DNA of 64,000 nt from Candidatus Ozemobacteraceae bacterium (GCA_965140445.1 OZ223236.1:1024001-1088000); one strand, 5' to 3'; positions 1-9,876 are shown, numbered from the stretch's first letter. A program made the numbers and translations. Notes: generated by a model from the letters alone, not told the origin.

Positions 1-2
1 TG

Positions 3-167
3 AATCTGGATGATCATTTTCTGACACCCGGTGAGAATGTAATTTGCTATAATCCCCTAAATGGAATCTGGAGAAACGCCAGGCCAGAACTTATGAATTC
101 TCTCTACGTGGCCAAGGTGGTTACTGGCGGCGTAGGTAAATTTGATTGGAAATATGAGAGAAATTGA
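3..167 (+). CDS. Partial CDS (C-terminus only) of the upstream gene of a pilin-like operon; function unknown
   Basis: Open frame NLDDHFLTPGENVICYNP...GKFDWKYERN* from the window edge; its TGA (165-167) overlaps the ATG at 167 (TGATG coupling). Confidence 0.7.
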   Translation, partial: NLDDHFLTPGENVICYNPLNGIWRNARPELMNSLYVAKVVTGGVGKFDWKYERN

Positions 168-616
168 TGAATATTAACGTTTATAGGAAAAAATCAGGAT
201 TTTCGCTGGTTGAAATCCTGGTTGTACTGGTAATGATTTCTGCTGGTATTTTACCTATTTATAGTTTGATGAAATCCGGGCAAAAGAGAATTGTTCGTGC
301 GGACACCAGAACAATGTCCACTTTGTTTGGAACTTCTGCTTTAGAGCTAGCCAGAACTCTTGGATATGATAAAGCTCAGAAATTGCAAAATGATAAAGAG
401 TTTCAAGAATTGCAGAAAACTGCGCAGAAGAATGGATTTGAATTGAGATTTGAGCCGACTTTGCAGCCTATCGAACCTCTTCCTCCAGGAGCAAAGCGCG
501 CATTTTTGCTTAGAATAAAGATAACTGTAGTTTCAAAGTATAAAAAGAGCGAATCGGATGTTCCTGTTTTAACCTTTGTAACAATTCTTACGGATCCAAG
601 GTATAACTACTATTAA
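167..616 (+). CDS. Prepilin-type N-terminal cleavage/methylation domain protein (minor pilin/pseudopilin-like)
   Basis: RKKSG|FSLVEILVVLVMI class III signal peptide with E at +5. ATG at 167 preferred over TTG at 164. Confidence 0.85.
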   Translation: MNINVYRKKSGFSLVEILVVLVMISAGILPIYSLMKSGQKRIVRADTRTMSTLFGTSALELARTLGYDKAQKLQNDKEFQELQKTAQKNGFELRFEPTLQPIEPLPPGAKRAFLLRIKITVVSKYKKSESDVPVLTFVTILTDPRYNYY

Positions 617-617
617 T

Positions 618-1262
618 ATGATTAGCTATTTAAACAACAGGCGAAGAAATAAACGCTCAGGGATTACCCTGATTGAGTTAATGTTCGCTATTGGAATGGT
701 TTTAATGCTAACCGGCTCGATGTATCAGCTCATGCGCATGATTAGGAAGAGCTTTACTCATTCTGCTAATAAGCTGGATATTTTGCAGACTACCAGAATT
801 ATTATGTCTGGGATCAGGAATGAGCTTCGGAATGCTGCCGAAAAACCTCAGGTATTTAATGGAAGATTGAACATTCCCATAAGCAATACTGAAACCGTTC
901 AGTATTACTTTAACGAAGAAACCAGACGTTTGTTCCGTGGAAAAAAGGGAAGTATCAATGAGTCTGACCCTGATGTTAGCGAGATGAGGCCTTTCCTGTT
1001 TGACGATGGGCAGATTTTGGGCTTTGATTACGATTCAAGTTACAGGGATTCAAATTCTTTTGTGGAATCAGAATTGGCTTTAAACTCAAAGGTTTGGTTT
1101 AAGGTTTCCATGAAAATTCTTTATACCGAAAAGTTCAAGAGGTTGAGTGAGGCAGACAAAACCAAAATTCTTGAAAATCCAGATGATGATCCGAGAGTAA
1201 AATCCTTTTTTATGATGATTACTCCAAGGCGTGTTAACTGGCTACTCCAGGCTACTCAGTAG
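618..1262 (+). CDS. Prepilin-type N-terminal domain protein (PilW/GspJ-like minor pilin)
   Basis: RNKRSG|ITLIELMFAIGMV class III signal peptide; starts 1 nt after the previous stop. Confidence 0.8.
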   Translation: MISYLNNRRRNKRSGITLIELMFAIGMVLMLTGSMYQLMRMIRKSFTHSANKLDILQTTRIIMSGIRNELRNAAEKPQVFNGRLNIPISNTETVQYYFNEETRRLFRGKKGSINESDPDVSEMRPFLFDDGQILGFDYDSSYRDSNSFVESELALNSKVWFKVSMKILYTEKFKRLSEADKTKILENPDDDPRVKSFFMMITPRRVNWLLQATQ

Positions 1263-1395
1263 AGTCTTAGAGCATATTAAAAGGAGTTTTGGCAAGGCCA
1301 GGTCTCCATTGCATATCACAATATTTTGTTGGTTACTGCGGGCAATCTTCTAAAGACTTGGTTTTTGCGGTATCGGCTTAATGATTATGGAAAAT

Positions 1396-1431
1396 AAAAA
1401 GGGTATCAAATTAAAGATTGATACCCTTTTT
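1396..1431. terminator. Bidirectional intrinsic terminator
   Basis: AAAAA-GGGTATCAA-N8-TTGATACCC-TTTTT between convergent genes. Confidence 0.85.
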
Positions 1432-1464
1432 GCTTTCTTAGAAAAGAACACTTGGCTTTAAATA

Positions 1465-3228
1465 TTATCTTCGATAGATAACTCCCTGAATCGATTTTTC
1501 ACTGTCAGAGTTGTCATATTCGAAAATGAGAAGGTAGTTTTTTCGTCTTTTCATTTCGTCGATTTCTCTGCTTTTAAACATCCACCCCTTATTTTCCTCT
1601 TCTCTTCCGACTATTCGACCTTTTCCAATTAGGTTTAACTCTGGAAGTGCGAGAATATGCAGGTTAGCGCTAACAATCCAATCGTTAGGCCTGTTGGCAT
1701 ACATTTCGCCGATGATTGTGCTGGCTTCGCGTTTTTGGCCCTCTTCTTCTTCATCGGTATTTTTTCTTTTATCAATGGTGCTTGAAGGTTTCTTTATTTC
1801 GCCTCTTAGGTATTTAAGCGAAAGAGCCCAGGGTTTGGAGGTGATACATTTGGCAAATGTTTGTCCGGAATGATTGATTTTGTTTCTTTTAAAATCGTTG
1901 TCAGAATCCATAACATACCTGGCAAGAATATAGCCTGCTCGTTCTTTTTGAAAATCGGTCAGATCTCGGTTTGTAGCAACTTGGAGGAGAGACTCCAACA
2001 GATCGTCAGTGATCTGTTTGCCTGAGTAGAGATATGATTCAAGAGTCAGTAATTTTGCAGAGTTTCTGTTCTGGCGAGACATTATTCCACGATTGAGAAG
2101 TGGCTCAATGGTTTTTAAGGCATCATCAAATTTTCCTGCATGAAATTGAATGACTGATTTAAAGAAGGTTATGTCACCTGGTAACAACTTTGGAAGAAGG
2201 TTAGCAGAGGTTGAATAGGTCTCTTTGGAGTAAGGACCTTTAAGCTTTTTTAGCATTGCTGCAACAATTCTTGCTTCCATTCCGTATTTTTCATCATCGG
2301 TTTCTTCCTTAAGGCGATCAAACACGCCTTCAAGAACCCATAGGGCTTCGTCAACCATAGGGTATTCCTGAGGAGAAACTATTTTGAAGATGTTTAGTAA
2401 CTCAGCTGCTTCTTCGTATTGGCCCATCATTGCCAACACAAGGCCGTTCATGTGATTCCAGGCGTAATCTTGCTTGTCAGTAGCTCCTGGAATAGTTGAG
2501 ATAGGGGCAAAATTGAATTCAGACAAGAGTGCGTGGGCTTCAAAAAGCTGCTTACCTAATGCAAGCGTTTCTACCAGCTTGAGTCTAAGCTCGCGAATAG
2601 TCTGAGTTTTTCCAAATATTCTAAAGTCGCTTTTATAATCCGGAGCCATTCCAGCGCAGGTTCTAAATGCTTTGATGGCTTCTGCCAGGCTGCCTTGTTT
2701 TTCCCGGGAATGCTGAGTCAACATTTTCTGTGTGTAGTAAAGACCTTCAACGAAGTTGAGATCTGGAACCAAAGAATTTGTTTTAAATGTAGAACGACAA
2801 GAACGAAGCCATTTTTTGGCAGTTCTAAGAGTTTCTTTTACTTCTTTGGTGTTAACAACATAAAAGGGCTCAGCTCTATTTGCTAAATATTCCCCTTTCA
2901 TAAGGCTATTTTGGTATTGTTTTCTAGCTTTTAGTGTGTTGGCAAGAACAAGATATAGCCTGGATTTATCAATGATTTCACTTTTTTTCGCGTCTTTTTC
3001 AGCATTTTCAAGAACACGTATGATTTCATCAAGGTCTCTTATTTCATAGGCTCGCTCATCTATGGTTTCTAATTGTTCCTTGGCTGAGTAGAAATACTGG
3101 GTTGGAGTAATAGTCAGTAACCCTTTCTGGCCTGCAGAACAACCGGAGAAAAATACCGCACAATAAGCTGATATAAACAAAAACAAGGCATATTTTACAA
3201 TAAATTTAAATTTGAATTCCGTTGCCAT
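1465..3228 (-). CDS. Putative lipoprotein with TPR-like helical repeats, function unknown
   Basis: 587-aa ORF; signal peptide ending FFSG|C (lipobox-like); TPR-like segments such as AWNHMNGLVLAMMGQYEEAAELL. Confidence 0.65.
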   Translation of the reverse strand: MATEFKFKFIVKYALFLFISAYCAVFFSGCSAGQKGLLTITPTQYFYSAKEQLETIDERAYEIRDLDEIIRVLENAEKDAKKSEIIDKSRLYLVLANTLKARKQYQNSLMKGEYLANRAEPFYVVNTKEVKETLRTAKKWLRSCRSTFKTNSLVPDLNFVEGLYYTQKMLTQHSREKQGSLAEAIKAFRTCAGMAPDYKSDFRIFGKTQTIRELRLKLVETLALGKQLFEAHALLSEFNFAPISTIPGATDKQDYAWNHMNGLVLAMMGQYEEAAELLNIFKIVSPQEYPMVDEALWVLEGVFDRLKEETDDEKYGMEARIVAAMLKKLKGPYSKETYSTSANLLPKLLPGDITFFKSVIQFHAGKFDDALKTIEPLLNRGIMSRQNRNSAKLLTLESYLYSGKQITDDLLESLLQVATNRDLTDFQKERAGYILARYVMDSDNDFKRNKINHSGQTFAKCITSKPWALSLKYLRGEIKKPSSTIDKRKNTDEEEEGQKREASTIIGEMYANRPNDWIVSANLHILALPELNLIGKGRIVGREEENKGWMFKSREIDEMKRRKNYLLIFEYDNSDSEKSIQGVIYRR

Positions 3229-3242
3229 TAGCGACCTCTAGG

Positions 3243-5528
3243 TTAAAAGTTTTTCAATTTTATAGATACTCTGCCTTTGTTATAGGAGTTATCTTTGGGC
3301 TTATCGAAGAAAATAATAAAGTTTTGCTCAATTAATTTGTCTACGAGTTCTTCAATTTTGCTGAAGCGGTATCTATCATCATCGAATTTGGGGCCTAGTT
3401 CAACAAATTTGTTGTCTTCGATGAAGAATAAATATTGAATTGTCGAGAAAATACCTTCTGGCGCATCCCTGTTCTTGTCTAGATATAGGTTGACCACGTC
3501 AACTTTTGGAATTCTGGTGGTATCTTTGCCAAGTTCTTCAGCTTTGTGTTCGAGTTGCTGGTAAAGTTCTCTGGTATCTCCCCAGTCTTTAGCCTGAATC
3601 ATTGCGCAGTCAAGATCGTATTCAAGGTCTCCGGATCCCTTGCAGTGATACATGGTTGGGCGCTCTGCGTCCGGTGTGGCGTCAATCATACAACCTTCTT
3701 TAGAAAGGGAGCTAATAGTCATTATTGGATTATTCAGTTCAATTGAAAGTCCCTTTAACTCTGTAGATATTTCTTCTACTTTGAACTTTTCGTCCATATA
3801 GTTTCTTGAAAGTGGCATTTTCTGGATATAATCCACAAAAATCATAATATCTTGAGTGTTGAAATCTTGCATTACGTTGTAGGCATAGGATCTAATTCTA
3901 TCCACGGTATCTTCTTTTGTTGCCTCAACAATGTAGAAATAATCCATGTATTCCTGCATTTTTTTCCATCCACCCATGAATTTTGCATCCATGATCATAT
4001 CGGAGCGAATTTTTTTTCTTTGCAAAGAATCCGGATTAAGACGACTTTCTTTAGCCAGAAGTCTGTAAGTAAGGTTCTTCTTAGTCTGTTCATATGTAAA
4101 AAACAGAACAGGGATTTGGTTTAAGGTTGCAACTCTTGTTGCCAGCTCGAGAGTGAAAGTTGTTTTACCTCTTCTGGGGGCTCCGGCAATGGCATACATG
4201 AAACCTTTTCTGAAACCTGAAACCGCCTTGTTAAGGTAATGCATTGGCTCAAAGGAGTAGCCAATAATATCAACCTCACCCTTAACCTCACGATCTTCGA
4301 TATCAGCAATGATGTCTTGCATTTCTTCTTTTACGAGATTAATTCTTTTGGTGGTTCTGGCTTTTTGAATGTTTCTTACATTCTGGATGATTCCGTTGGT
4401 AAAAGTCTCAAGATTGAGGTTCTGGTCTTTTTTCTTACCTTCAATGAATTCATTGATATCGAATGACACTTCTTTAAGTTTTCTTTTTAATGCCTGTTCT
4501 TTTAAAAGTTCAAGGTAGTGGAGTGCCTGATCCATTAATGGGGCTGGAGAAGAGAAAATCTTGTCCATAAAATCCTTGGTGGCAGAATCCCATTGATTAA
4601 TTTGCTGTAGTTTGTTTTTTATTACAATTTTATCAACGCTGGAAAGCTGCGGATTTTCTTCTCTCAGGCTAACAATGCCTCTAAAGATTGTTCGGGAAAA
4701 TCTGGTTGAAAACAGACCTGTTATAAGTCCCTTTGCGTTCAAGCTTTCGAGAATATATGGATCTTTTAAAAGTCCTGCCAGGATAGCAATTTCAAGATCT
4801 TCATCTCCGTAGCCAGTAATATTCGAGGTGAAAACCTGGTTTTGGAGTTGTTTTTCTTCTTCAGAACGAGTGTCAGCAACTTTTTCTACTTCTTCTTTTT
4901 TAGCCGGAGTTTCGTGAATTTTAAAATTATTTAAATCTGGTTTTGGTCCAATATTCTGGGCCTCGTCAATTTCCAGAATTGAATCAAGCTGAGATATCGG
5001 TTCTGATGATGATTTTTCCTGGACAGCAGATGGTGGTGGAGGAGGGGGGCTACTCACCTGGGCAGGATTAGGCAATCTGGAGTTTGAATGTATTGGTGGT
5101 TGCGCAATGGGAGAAGGGGTAGGGGCTGGAGCAGGGGGTGGATTTGAGATGGCCGGGTGAACGGGTGGCGCAGGCGGCCTTTGCGCGGTAGGAGTGTTAA
5201 TTGTTAGCCCGGGAGCCTTGTTTGAAGGAGGGGTGGGGGATGCCGGTGGCTGAGGCTGATTTCCCATAAGTGGAGGAGCACCATTTTGCGTTACTCTATT
5301 TGGTTGAGAGGCAGGCGGTTTTGGCGCCGTAGGTGGAATCTGTGGAGCTGGATTGCCAATTCCCTGATTTGGGACTGGTGGGGGGGCTGGTTTTGCTGGA
5401 GCTGGTTTGCTTAAGAGACCATTTAAGGAAAAGCCCCCAAACGCACCTTGAGATTGTTCGTTTGCAGAACAATGCGCACACGCTTGCCCGTCTAAGATTT
5501 CATTGTTGCATTTTGTACAAATTGCCAC
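3243..5528 (-). CDS. Atypical DnaB-like helicase/ATPase with N-terminal CxxC-CxxC zinc ribbon and proline-rich linker
   Basis: GTG start with GGAGGAG SD. Walker A AGAPRRGKTT, VLFFTYEQ, Walker B IFVDYIQ, ELKGLSIELNNP, KGSGDLEYD and DKNRD match divergent DnaB C-terminal motifs; a DnaB N-like helical region precedes them. Confidence 0.8.
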   Translation of the reverse strand: MAICTKCNNEILDGQACAHCSANEQSQGAFGGFSLNGLLSKPAPAKPAPPPVPNQGIGNPAPQIPPTAPKPPASQPNRVTQNGAPPLMGNQPQPPASPTPPSNKAPGLTINTPTAQRPPAPPVHPAISNPPPAPAPTPSPIAQPPIHSNSRLPNPAQVSSPPPPPPSAVQEKSSSEPISQLDSILEIDEAQNIGPKPDLNNFKIHETPAKKEEVEKVADTRSEEEKQLQNQVFTSNITGYGDEDLEIAILAGLLKDPYILESLNAKGLITGLFSTRFSRTIFRGIVSLREENPQLSSVDKIVIKNKLQQINQWDSATKDFMDKIFSSPAPLMDQALHYLELLKEQALKRKLKEVSFDINEFIEGKKKDQNLNLETFTNGIIQNVRNIQKARTTKRINLVKEEMQDIIADIEDREVKGEVDIIGYSFEPMHYLNKAVSGFRKGFMYAIAGAPRRGKTTFTLELATRVATLNQIPVLFFTYEQTKKNLTYRLLAKESRLNPDSLQRKKIRSDMIMDAKFMGGWKKMQEYMDYFYIVEATKEDTVDRIRSYAYNVMQDFNTQDIMIFVDYIQKMPLSRNYMDEKFKVEEISTELKGLSIELNNPIMTISSLSKEGCMIDATPDAERPTMYHCKGSGDLEYDLDCAMIQAKDWGDTRELYQQLEHKAEELGKDTTRIPKVDVVNLYLDKNRDAPEGIFSTIQYLFFIEDNKFVELGPKFDDDRYRFSKIEELVDKLIEQNFIIFFDKPKDNSYNKGRVSIKLKNF

Positions 5529-5718
5529 CCTTTTTTCTCCTCCTGACAGGAAACCAAAATTTTACGGAAAAAAAAGATTCTGGAACTTTTTTTTTTACTC
5601 CGAGTCAAATTTCCTGTCGTAACAGAATAACGGTAGGCAGCCTATTATTCAAGAGCGAGAAGGAATTTTATAGAGGAGTCTTTTAAAGAACTGTGTAGAG
5701 CGGGTGAGGTAGTGTGCC

Positions 5719-5747
5719 TTGACAAGCTCAAGTCAACAAAGTATTAT
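5719..5747 (+). promoter_or_regulatory. Sigma70-type promoter of the bamA-lpx operon
   Basis: TTGACA-N17-TATTAT. Confidence 0.8.
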
Positions 5748-5772
5748 GCCGATACTTTGAGTAGTCTATCTG

Positions 5773-7500
5773 TTGAAGGAGCCTATGAACAAATTCAACT
5801 TTGTCAAAATAATCGTGTTTTCTTTTGTTTTTCTCGCTTTTGTAAGCATTTCAGCACAGGCTTATGAGAGTAATATTGTCGTTGACTTTAAAGTCGAAGG
5901 CAATCGGATGATTGATGAAAAAGTAATTCTTTTAAACGTTTCCCTAAAAGAGGGAGACAAAATTACACCTGAGGCCGTACAGAATGAAATAGCTCGTTTA
6001 GGCGAAATGGGATATTTCTCTTATGTTGGCGCTGAAATCAGACCTTCTGGTAAAGGTAAGGTTCTGGTATTCAAAGTAGAAGAAAATGCCATTGTTGGCG
6101 AAGTTGAGATTAAAGGCTGTACAAAAGTAAAGCTTGAAACTCTTAAAGCTGCTATGGAAAGTAAAGTTGGGTCTGTTTTTAACAGCAAACTTTTAACTCA
6201 AGATATTCAGAACGTAAATGAAGTTCTTGCAAAGCATGGATATTTGTTTTCAAAGGTATCTGACGCTTATGTTCAGGATAAGGGCAGCAAAATCAACATA
6301 GAGATTGTTGAAGGCGTTCTTACTGAAGTAAAAATTGAAGGTCTTAAGAAGACAAAAGAAAATGTAGTTCGTCGTGAATTGTCTGTTAAACCAGGCGAAA
6401 TTTATGACAACAAAAAAATCGTTAGAGATTTACAGAGGATTTATAACCTCGGTTTCTTTGAAGAAGTAAAACGCGACCATCTTCCAGGAAAAACTCCTGA
6501 AGAAATCGTTCTTGTTATTCAACTTGTTGAACAAAAAACAGGAAGAGCTGGCGTAGGTGCTGGTTATAGTTCCTTAAACGGTTTGGTTGGTTTTGTAAAC
6601 CTTTCACAGAATAACTTCAAGGGCGAAGGAAAAAGAGTATATCTGAAGACCGAGTTTGGCGGAGTTCAAACTTATGAACTTGGTTATTTTGATCCTTATT
6701 TCAATAACAGACCTCAAAGCTTTGGAATTGACGTATATAATACTGAATACACAAGAAATCTTTATTCAAGTGGTAACACCCTGACTGAATATAATGAGAA
6801 GAGAAAAGGTGGAAGTATTACCCTCGGAAAAAGAATTCGCAGAGATGTTGATCTTTCGTTCCGTTTCAGAGACGAAGACGTTAAGATTAATCCAACAGAT
6901 TCAACCGCATCAAAGCCGGCTGGAATTGTAGATGGAAGACTACAGACTTTCGCTGCCATTCTTGATAAAGATACCAGGGATAATCGTTTTAGACCAACTC
7001 AGGGTGTTCACGATTCTTTCTGGGTTGAAACAACAGGTGGAATTCTTAAAGGTGCCAACCAATATACGAAGTATATGCTCGCCATGAGAAGATATTTTGC
7101 TGTTAGCAACAACAGAAAAACTGTTATGGCTATTCAGTCTGTTGCTGGTCAGACCACTATTGGAAAAGGTTTTGTTCCAGTTTATGATATGTTCTCTATC
7201 GGTGGTAGTGATACTGTTCGTGGTTATGAAGAAAGAGAATTCCTCGGAACAAAGCTTTTTTATGCAAACCTTGAATTGCGACAGAAAATTACTAAGAATT
7301 TTGACGTAGTTGGTTTTTATGACCTGGGAAGTGCCTGGGGAACTGACTATGATAGAAAGAAAATCGACTTTGACCTTAAAAAGGGTTATGGACTTGGTTT
7401 GAGATTACAAACTCCACTCGGTCCGGTCGCTATTGACTATGGTAAGGCTAGCGATAGAAGTGATGGAACAACTTATATTAACTTTGGTTCATCTTTCTAA
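5773..7500 (+). CDS. bamA: Omp85/BamA family outer membrane protein assembly factor (about 3 POTRA domains); start may be ATG 5785
   Basis: POTRA-like repeats (KVEGNRMI, EIKGCTKV, KIEGLKKTKENVVRREL), GGSDTVRGY loop motif, TPLGPVAIDYG and C-terminal Phe; neighbours skp and lpxD. Confidence 0.9.
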   Translation: MKEPMNKFNFVKIIVFSFVFLAFVSISAQAYESNIVVDFKVEGNRMIDEKVILLNVSLKEGDKITPEAVQNEIARLGEMGYFSYVGAEIRPSGKGKVLVFKVEENAIVGEVEIKGCTKVKLETLKAAMESKVGSVFNSKLLTQDIQNVNEVLAKHGYLFSKVSDAYVQDKGSKINIEIVEGVLTEVKIEGLKKTKENVVRRELSVKPGEIYDNKKIVRDLQRIYNLGFFEEVKRDHLPGKTPEEIVLVIQLVEQKTGRAGVGAGYSSLNGLVGFVNLSQNNFKGEGKRVYLKTEFGGVQTYELGYFDPYFNNRPQSFGIDVYNTEYTRNLYSSGNTLTEYNEKRKGGSITLGKRIRRDVDLSFRFRDEDVKINPTDSTASKPAGIVDGRLQTFAAILDKDTRDNRFRPTQGVHDSFWVETTGGILKGANQYTKYMLAMRRYFAVSNNRKTVMAIQSVAGQTTIGKGFVPVYDMFSIGGSDTVRGYEEREFLGTKLFYANLELRQKITKNFDVVGFYDLGSAWGTDYDRKKIDFDLKKGYGLGLRLQTPLGPVAIDYGKASDRSDGTTYINFGSSF

Positions 7501-7572
7501 GCGTTCAGTATTGATTATTCTCTCGAAAAGAGAGACAATTCTTTAGAAGAAAACTAGGAGAACTTATCCAAA

Positions 7573-8136
7573 ATGAGAAAAACGATCTTACGTCTCGGCC
7601 TTTGTGCAGGCCTAATTGCTAGTCCTATAATGGCTTCTGCTTTTGAATTCGGCATCGTTGATGCTGGTCAGATTTTCAATAAGTATTCCGAAACTCAGAA
7701 AACAAAGCAGCTGCTTGAAACTGAAAAAGAAAAGCTTCAGAAGGAACTTGAATCCAGAAAAGCTGAAGTGAAAAAGCTTGATGATGAGTATCTTGCTACC
7801 GCAAAAAAATTGCAGGAACTCAGAGATTCTAAGAAAGAAAAAGAAGCTCGTGCCCTTGAGCCAAAACTTAAGGATTTGAGAACTCAGCTTTCACAGAAAA
7901 CAAGTGTTTTACAGAAGTTCTTTGAAGATTCCCAGAAGCATCTTTATCAGATTGAAGAAAAGCAAATGGGCAGCTTATCTAAAACTCTTGACGAAAGAGT
8001 TGACAAAGTAATCGGACAGGTAGCCAAAAAGCATAAACTTAAAGCTGTTTTCGAAAAACGTTTCTTTTACTATGGCGACGACAAGACGGTAAAAGATATT
8101 ACCAATGAAGTTTTAAGTGTTTTGAACAAGAAATAG
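7573..8136 (+). CDS. skp: OmpH/Skp periplasmic chaperone
   Basis: Signal peptide, FGIVDAGQIF start, long coiled coil, KDITNEVL end; synteny with bamA and lpxD. Confidence 0.85.
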   Translation: MRKTILRLGLCAGLIASPIMASAFEFGIVDAGQIFNKYSETQKTKQLLETEKEKLQKELESRKAEVKKLDDEYLATAKKLQELRDSKKEKEARALEPKLKDLRTQLSQKTSVLQKFFEDSQKHLYQIEEKQMGSLSKTLDERVDKVIGQVAKKHKLKAVFEKRFFYYGDDKTVKDITNEVLSVLNKK

Positions 8137-8201
8137 AAACAAACCTATAACAGGTGTTCTGCGTGGCAGGACACCTGTTTGAATATTGGCGGGTATGATT
8201 T

Positions 8202-9236
8202 GTGATAAATAGAGAAATAAAACTGGGCGAACTGGCCGCGATTATAGGCGGAGAATTAATAGGCGATCCTGAATTGATAATATCAGGAATTGCTCCCATT
8301 AAAACGGCCTCAGATAAAGATATTACTTTTCTTTCTGGGGCCAAGAACTATTCGACTCATTTAAAATCTATTGAGGAGAGCGCGGCTATTGCTGTTATTG
8401 CACCAGCTGATGCCCCGGAACTTAAATTACCCTCTATCAGAATTAAAAATAGTTATGAAGGGCTTGTAAAAGCTCTTTCTTACTTTTTCCCTGAACAAAA
8501 GCCAAAAGCTGGAATTCATCCAACTGCTTTTGTGCATGAAGACGCAAAAGTTGACCGCACAGCCGTTGTTGGCCCGTTGGCGGTTGTTGAAGCTGGAGCC
8601 GTTGTTGAGGCTGGGGCGTGGATTGATGCCAGAGCCTATGTTGGTCCAGATGCTTTCGTTGGTGAAGAAACCCATTTGTATCCCGGTGTTAATCTTATGA
8701 ATAGATGCCGGGTTGGCAAAATGTGCGTAATCCACAGTGGTGCCGTAATAGGTAGTGATGGTTTTGGTTTTACTCCAATTGATGGTCGTCATGCCAAAGT
8801 TCCACAGGTTGGAAATGTTATTGTTCAAGATGATGTCGAAATTGGTGCCAATGTAACAATTGATAGAGGCACAATGGGCCCAACCTTGATTGGTGAAGGT
8901 TCAAGAATTGACAATATGGTTCACATTGCTCATAACGTAGAAATTGGGAAAAAATGTGTAATTGTGGCTCAGGTTGGCATTTCTGGAAGCACAATTCTTG
9001 AAGACGATGTAACTCTTGCCGGGCAGGTTGGAACTGTTGGGCATGTTAGAGTTGGAAAAGGAACTACTGTTGCAGCTCGCGGAGTTGTTTCTAATGATGT
9101 TGCTCCTGGAAGCTTTGTTTCAGGCTTTCCAATTAAGCCTCATTCAGAAGAGAGAAAGATACTTGCTTCTATGAGAAGACTTCCGGATCTGATCAAAAAA
9201 GTCCGGGAACTTGAAAAGAAGCTCGAGGAGAAATAG
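8202..9236 (+). CDS. lpxD: UDP-3-O-(3-hydroxyacyl)glucosamine N-acyltransferase
   Basis: Hexapeptide repeats, IGSDGFGF, DVEIGANVTIDRG, DNMVHIAHNV. Confidence 0.95.
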   Translation: MINREIKLGELAAIIGGELIGDPELIISGIAPIKTASDKDITFLSGAKNYSTHLKSIEESAAIAVIAPADAPELKLPSIRIKNSYEGLVKALSYFFPEQKPKAGIHPTAFVHEDAKVDRTAVVGPLAVVEAGAVVEAGAWIDARAYVGPDAFVGEETHLYPGVNLMNRCRVGKMCVIHSGAVIGSDGFGFTPIDGRHAKVPQVGNVIVQDDVEIGANVTIDRGTMGPTLIGEGSRIDNMVHIAHNVEIGKKCVIVAQVGISGSTILEDDVTLAGQVGTVGHVRVGKGTTVAARGVVSNDVAPGSFVSGFPIKPHSEERKILASMRRLPDLIKKVRELEKKLEEK

Positions 9237-9237
9237 G

Positions 9238-9870
9238 ATGAAAATTAGCAGAAAGTTTTTGGTTGCAGCCTTTTTAATGGTCTTTGCTGCACAGTTCTGT
9301 AATAGCGCTTTTGCAGATACTGCAAGACGTTTAAGATTTATGGGTACCGCGAATCTTAGTATGCCCACAGGCTATGCAAGATCATCTATGTATTACATAA
9401 ATGATGCTGGTCATTCATCAGCTTTGTTTTCACAAGCTTTGATGAATGGTTTTTTAGAGCTATCGTATTTGAGACATATGAACGGAGCTGAAGATGGAAA
9501 GAGTGTTATGAATCTTAAAGTTAAGATTCTTGAAGAAGACACTTTGATTCCTGGGGTGGTTTGGGGCGTTTCTGATCTCAACACTCAGCTTGGTTCAAAA
9601 ATCTTTTATTTTTCGGCATCCAAAGCGATTGAGGCTTTTGGAGTTCACCTTCATGCTGGATTTTATAAAGATCCAATCAGCACAGAGCATAAAAACTTTT
9701 TCGGCGTAGAAAAGATGATTTTTCCGCTTGTTACAGTGGCCGCAGAAAGAAATGATGATAAAGATACTTTTGGTATTAAACTTAGCCCATATCCTGGATT
9801 TTCTCTTGAATTCTCACAAAGAGACAGCAAAGAAGAAATGTACAATTTGGTTTATTTTCGTTCGTTTTAA
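9238..9870 (+). CDS. Putative small outer-membrane beta-barrel protein (YjbH-like)
   Basis: ATG 9238 after GAGGAG; signal peptide ending SAFA; GTANLSMPTG N-terminal motif; alternating beta-strand pattern; ends YNLVYFRSF (Bam beta-signal-like). Confidence 0.55.
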   Translation: MKISRKFLVAAFLMVFAAQFCNSAFADTARRLRFMGTANLSMPTGYARSSMYYINDAGHSSALFSQALMNGFLELSYLRHMNGAEDGKSVMNLKVKILEEDTLIPGVVWGVSDLNTQLGSKIFYFSASKAIEAFGVHLHAGFYKDPISTEHKNFFGVEKMIFPLVTVAAERNDDKDTFGIKLSPYPGFSLEFSQRDSKEEMYNLVYFRSF

Positions 9871-9876
9871 GAAATT

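Noticed and set aside
3243..5528. Prophage or plasmid replication module
   Set aside because: No primase, integrase or phage genes nearby; the neighbours are envelope genes.
5333..5686. 117-aa plus-strand ORF, and the many other 60-150-aa overlapping ORFs in the track
   Set aside because: They are antisense or alternate-frame shadows of well-supported genes, without recognisable motifs.
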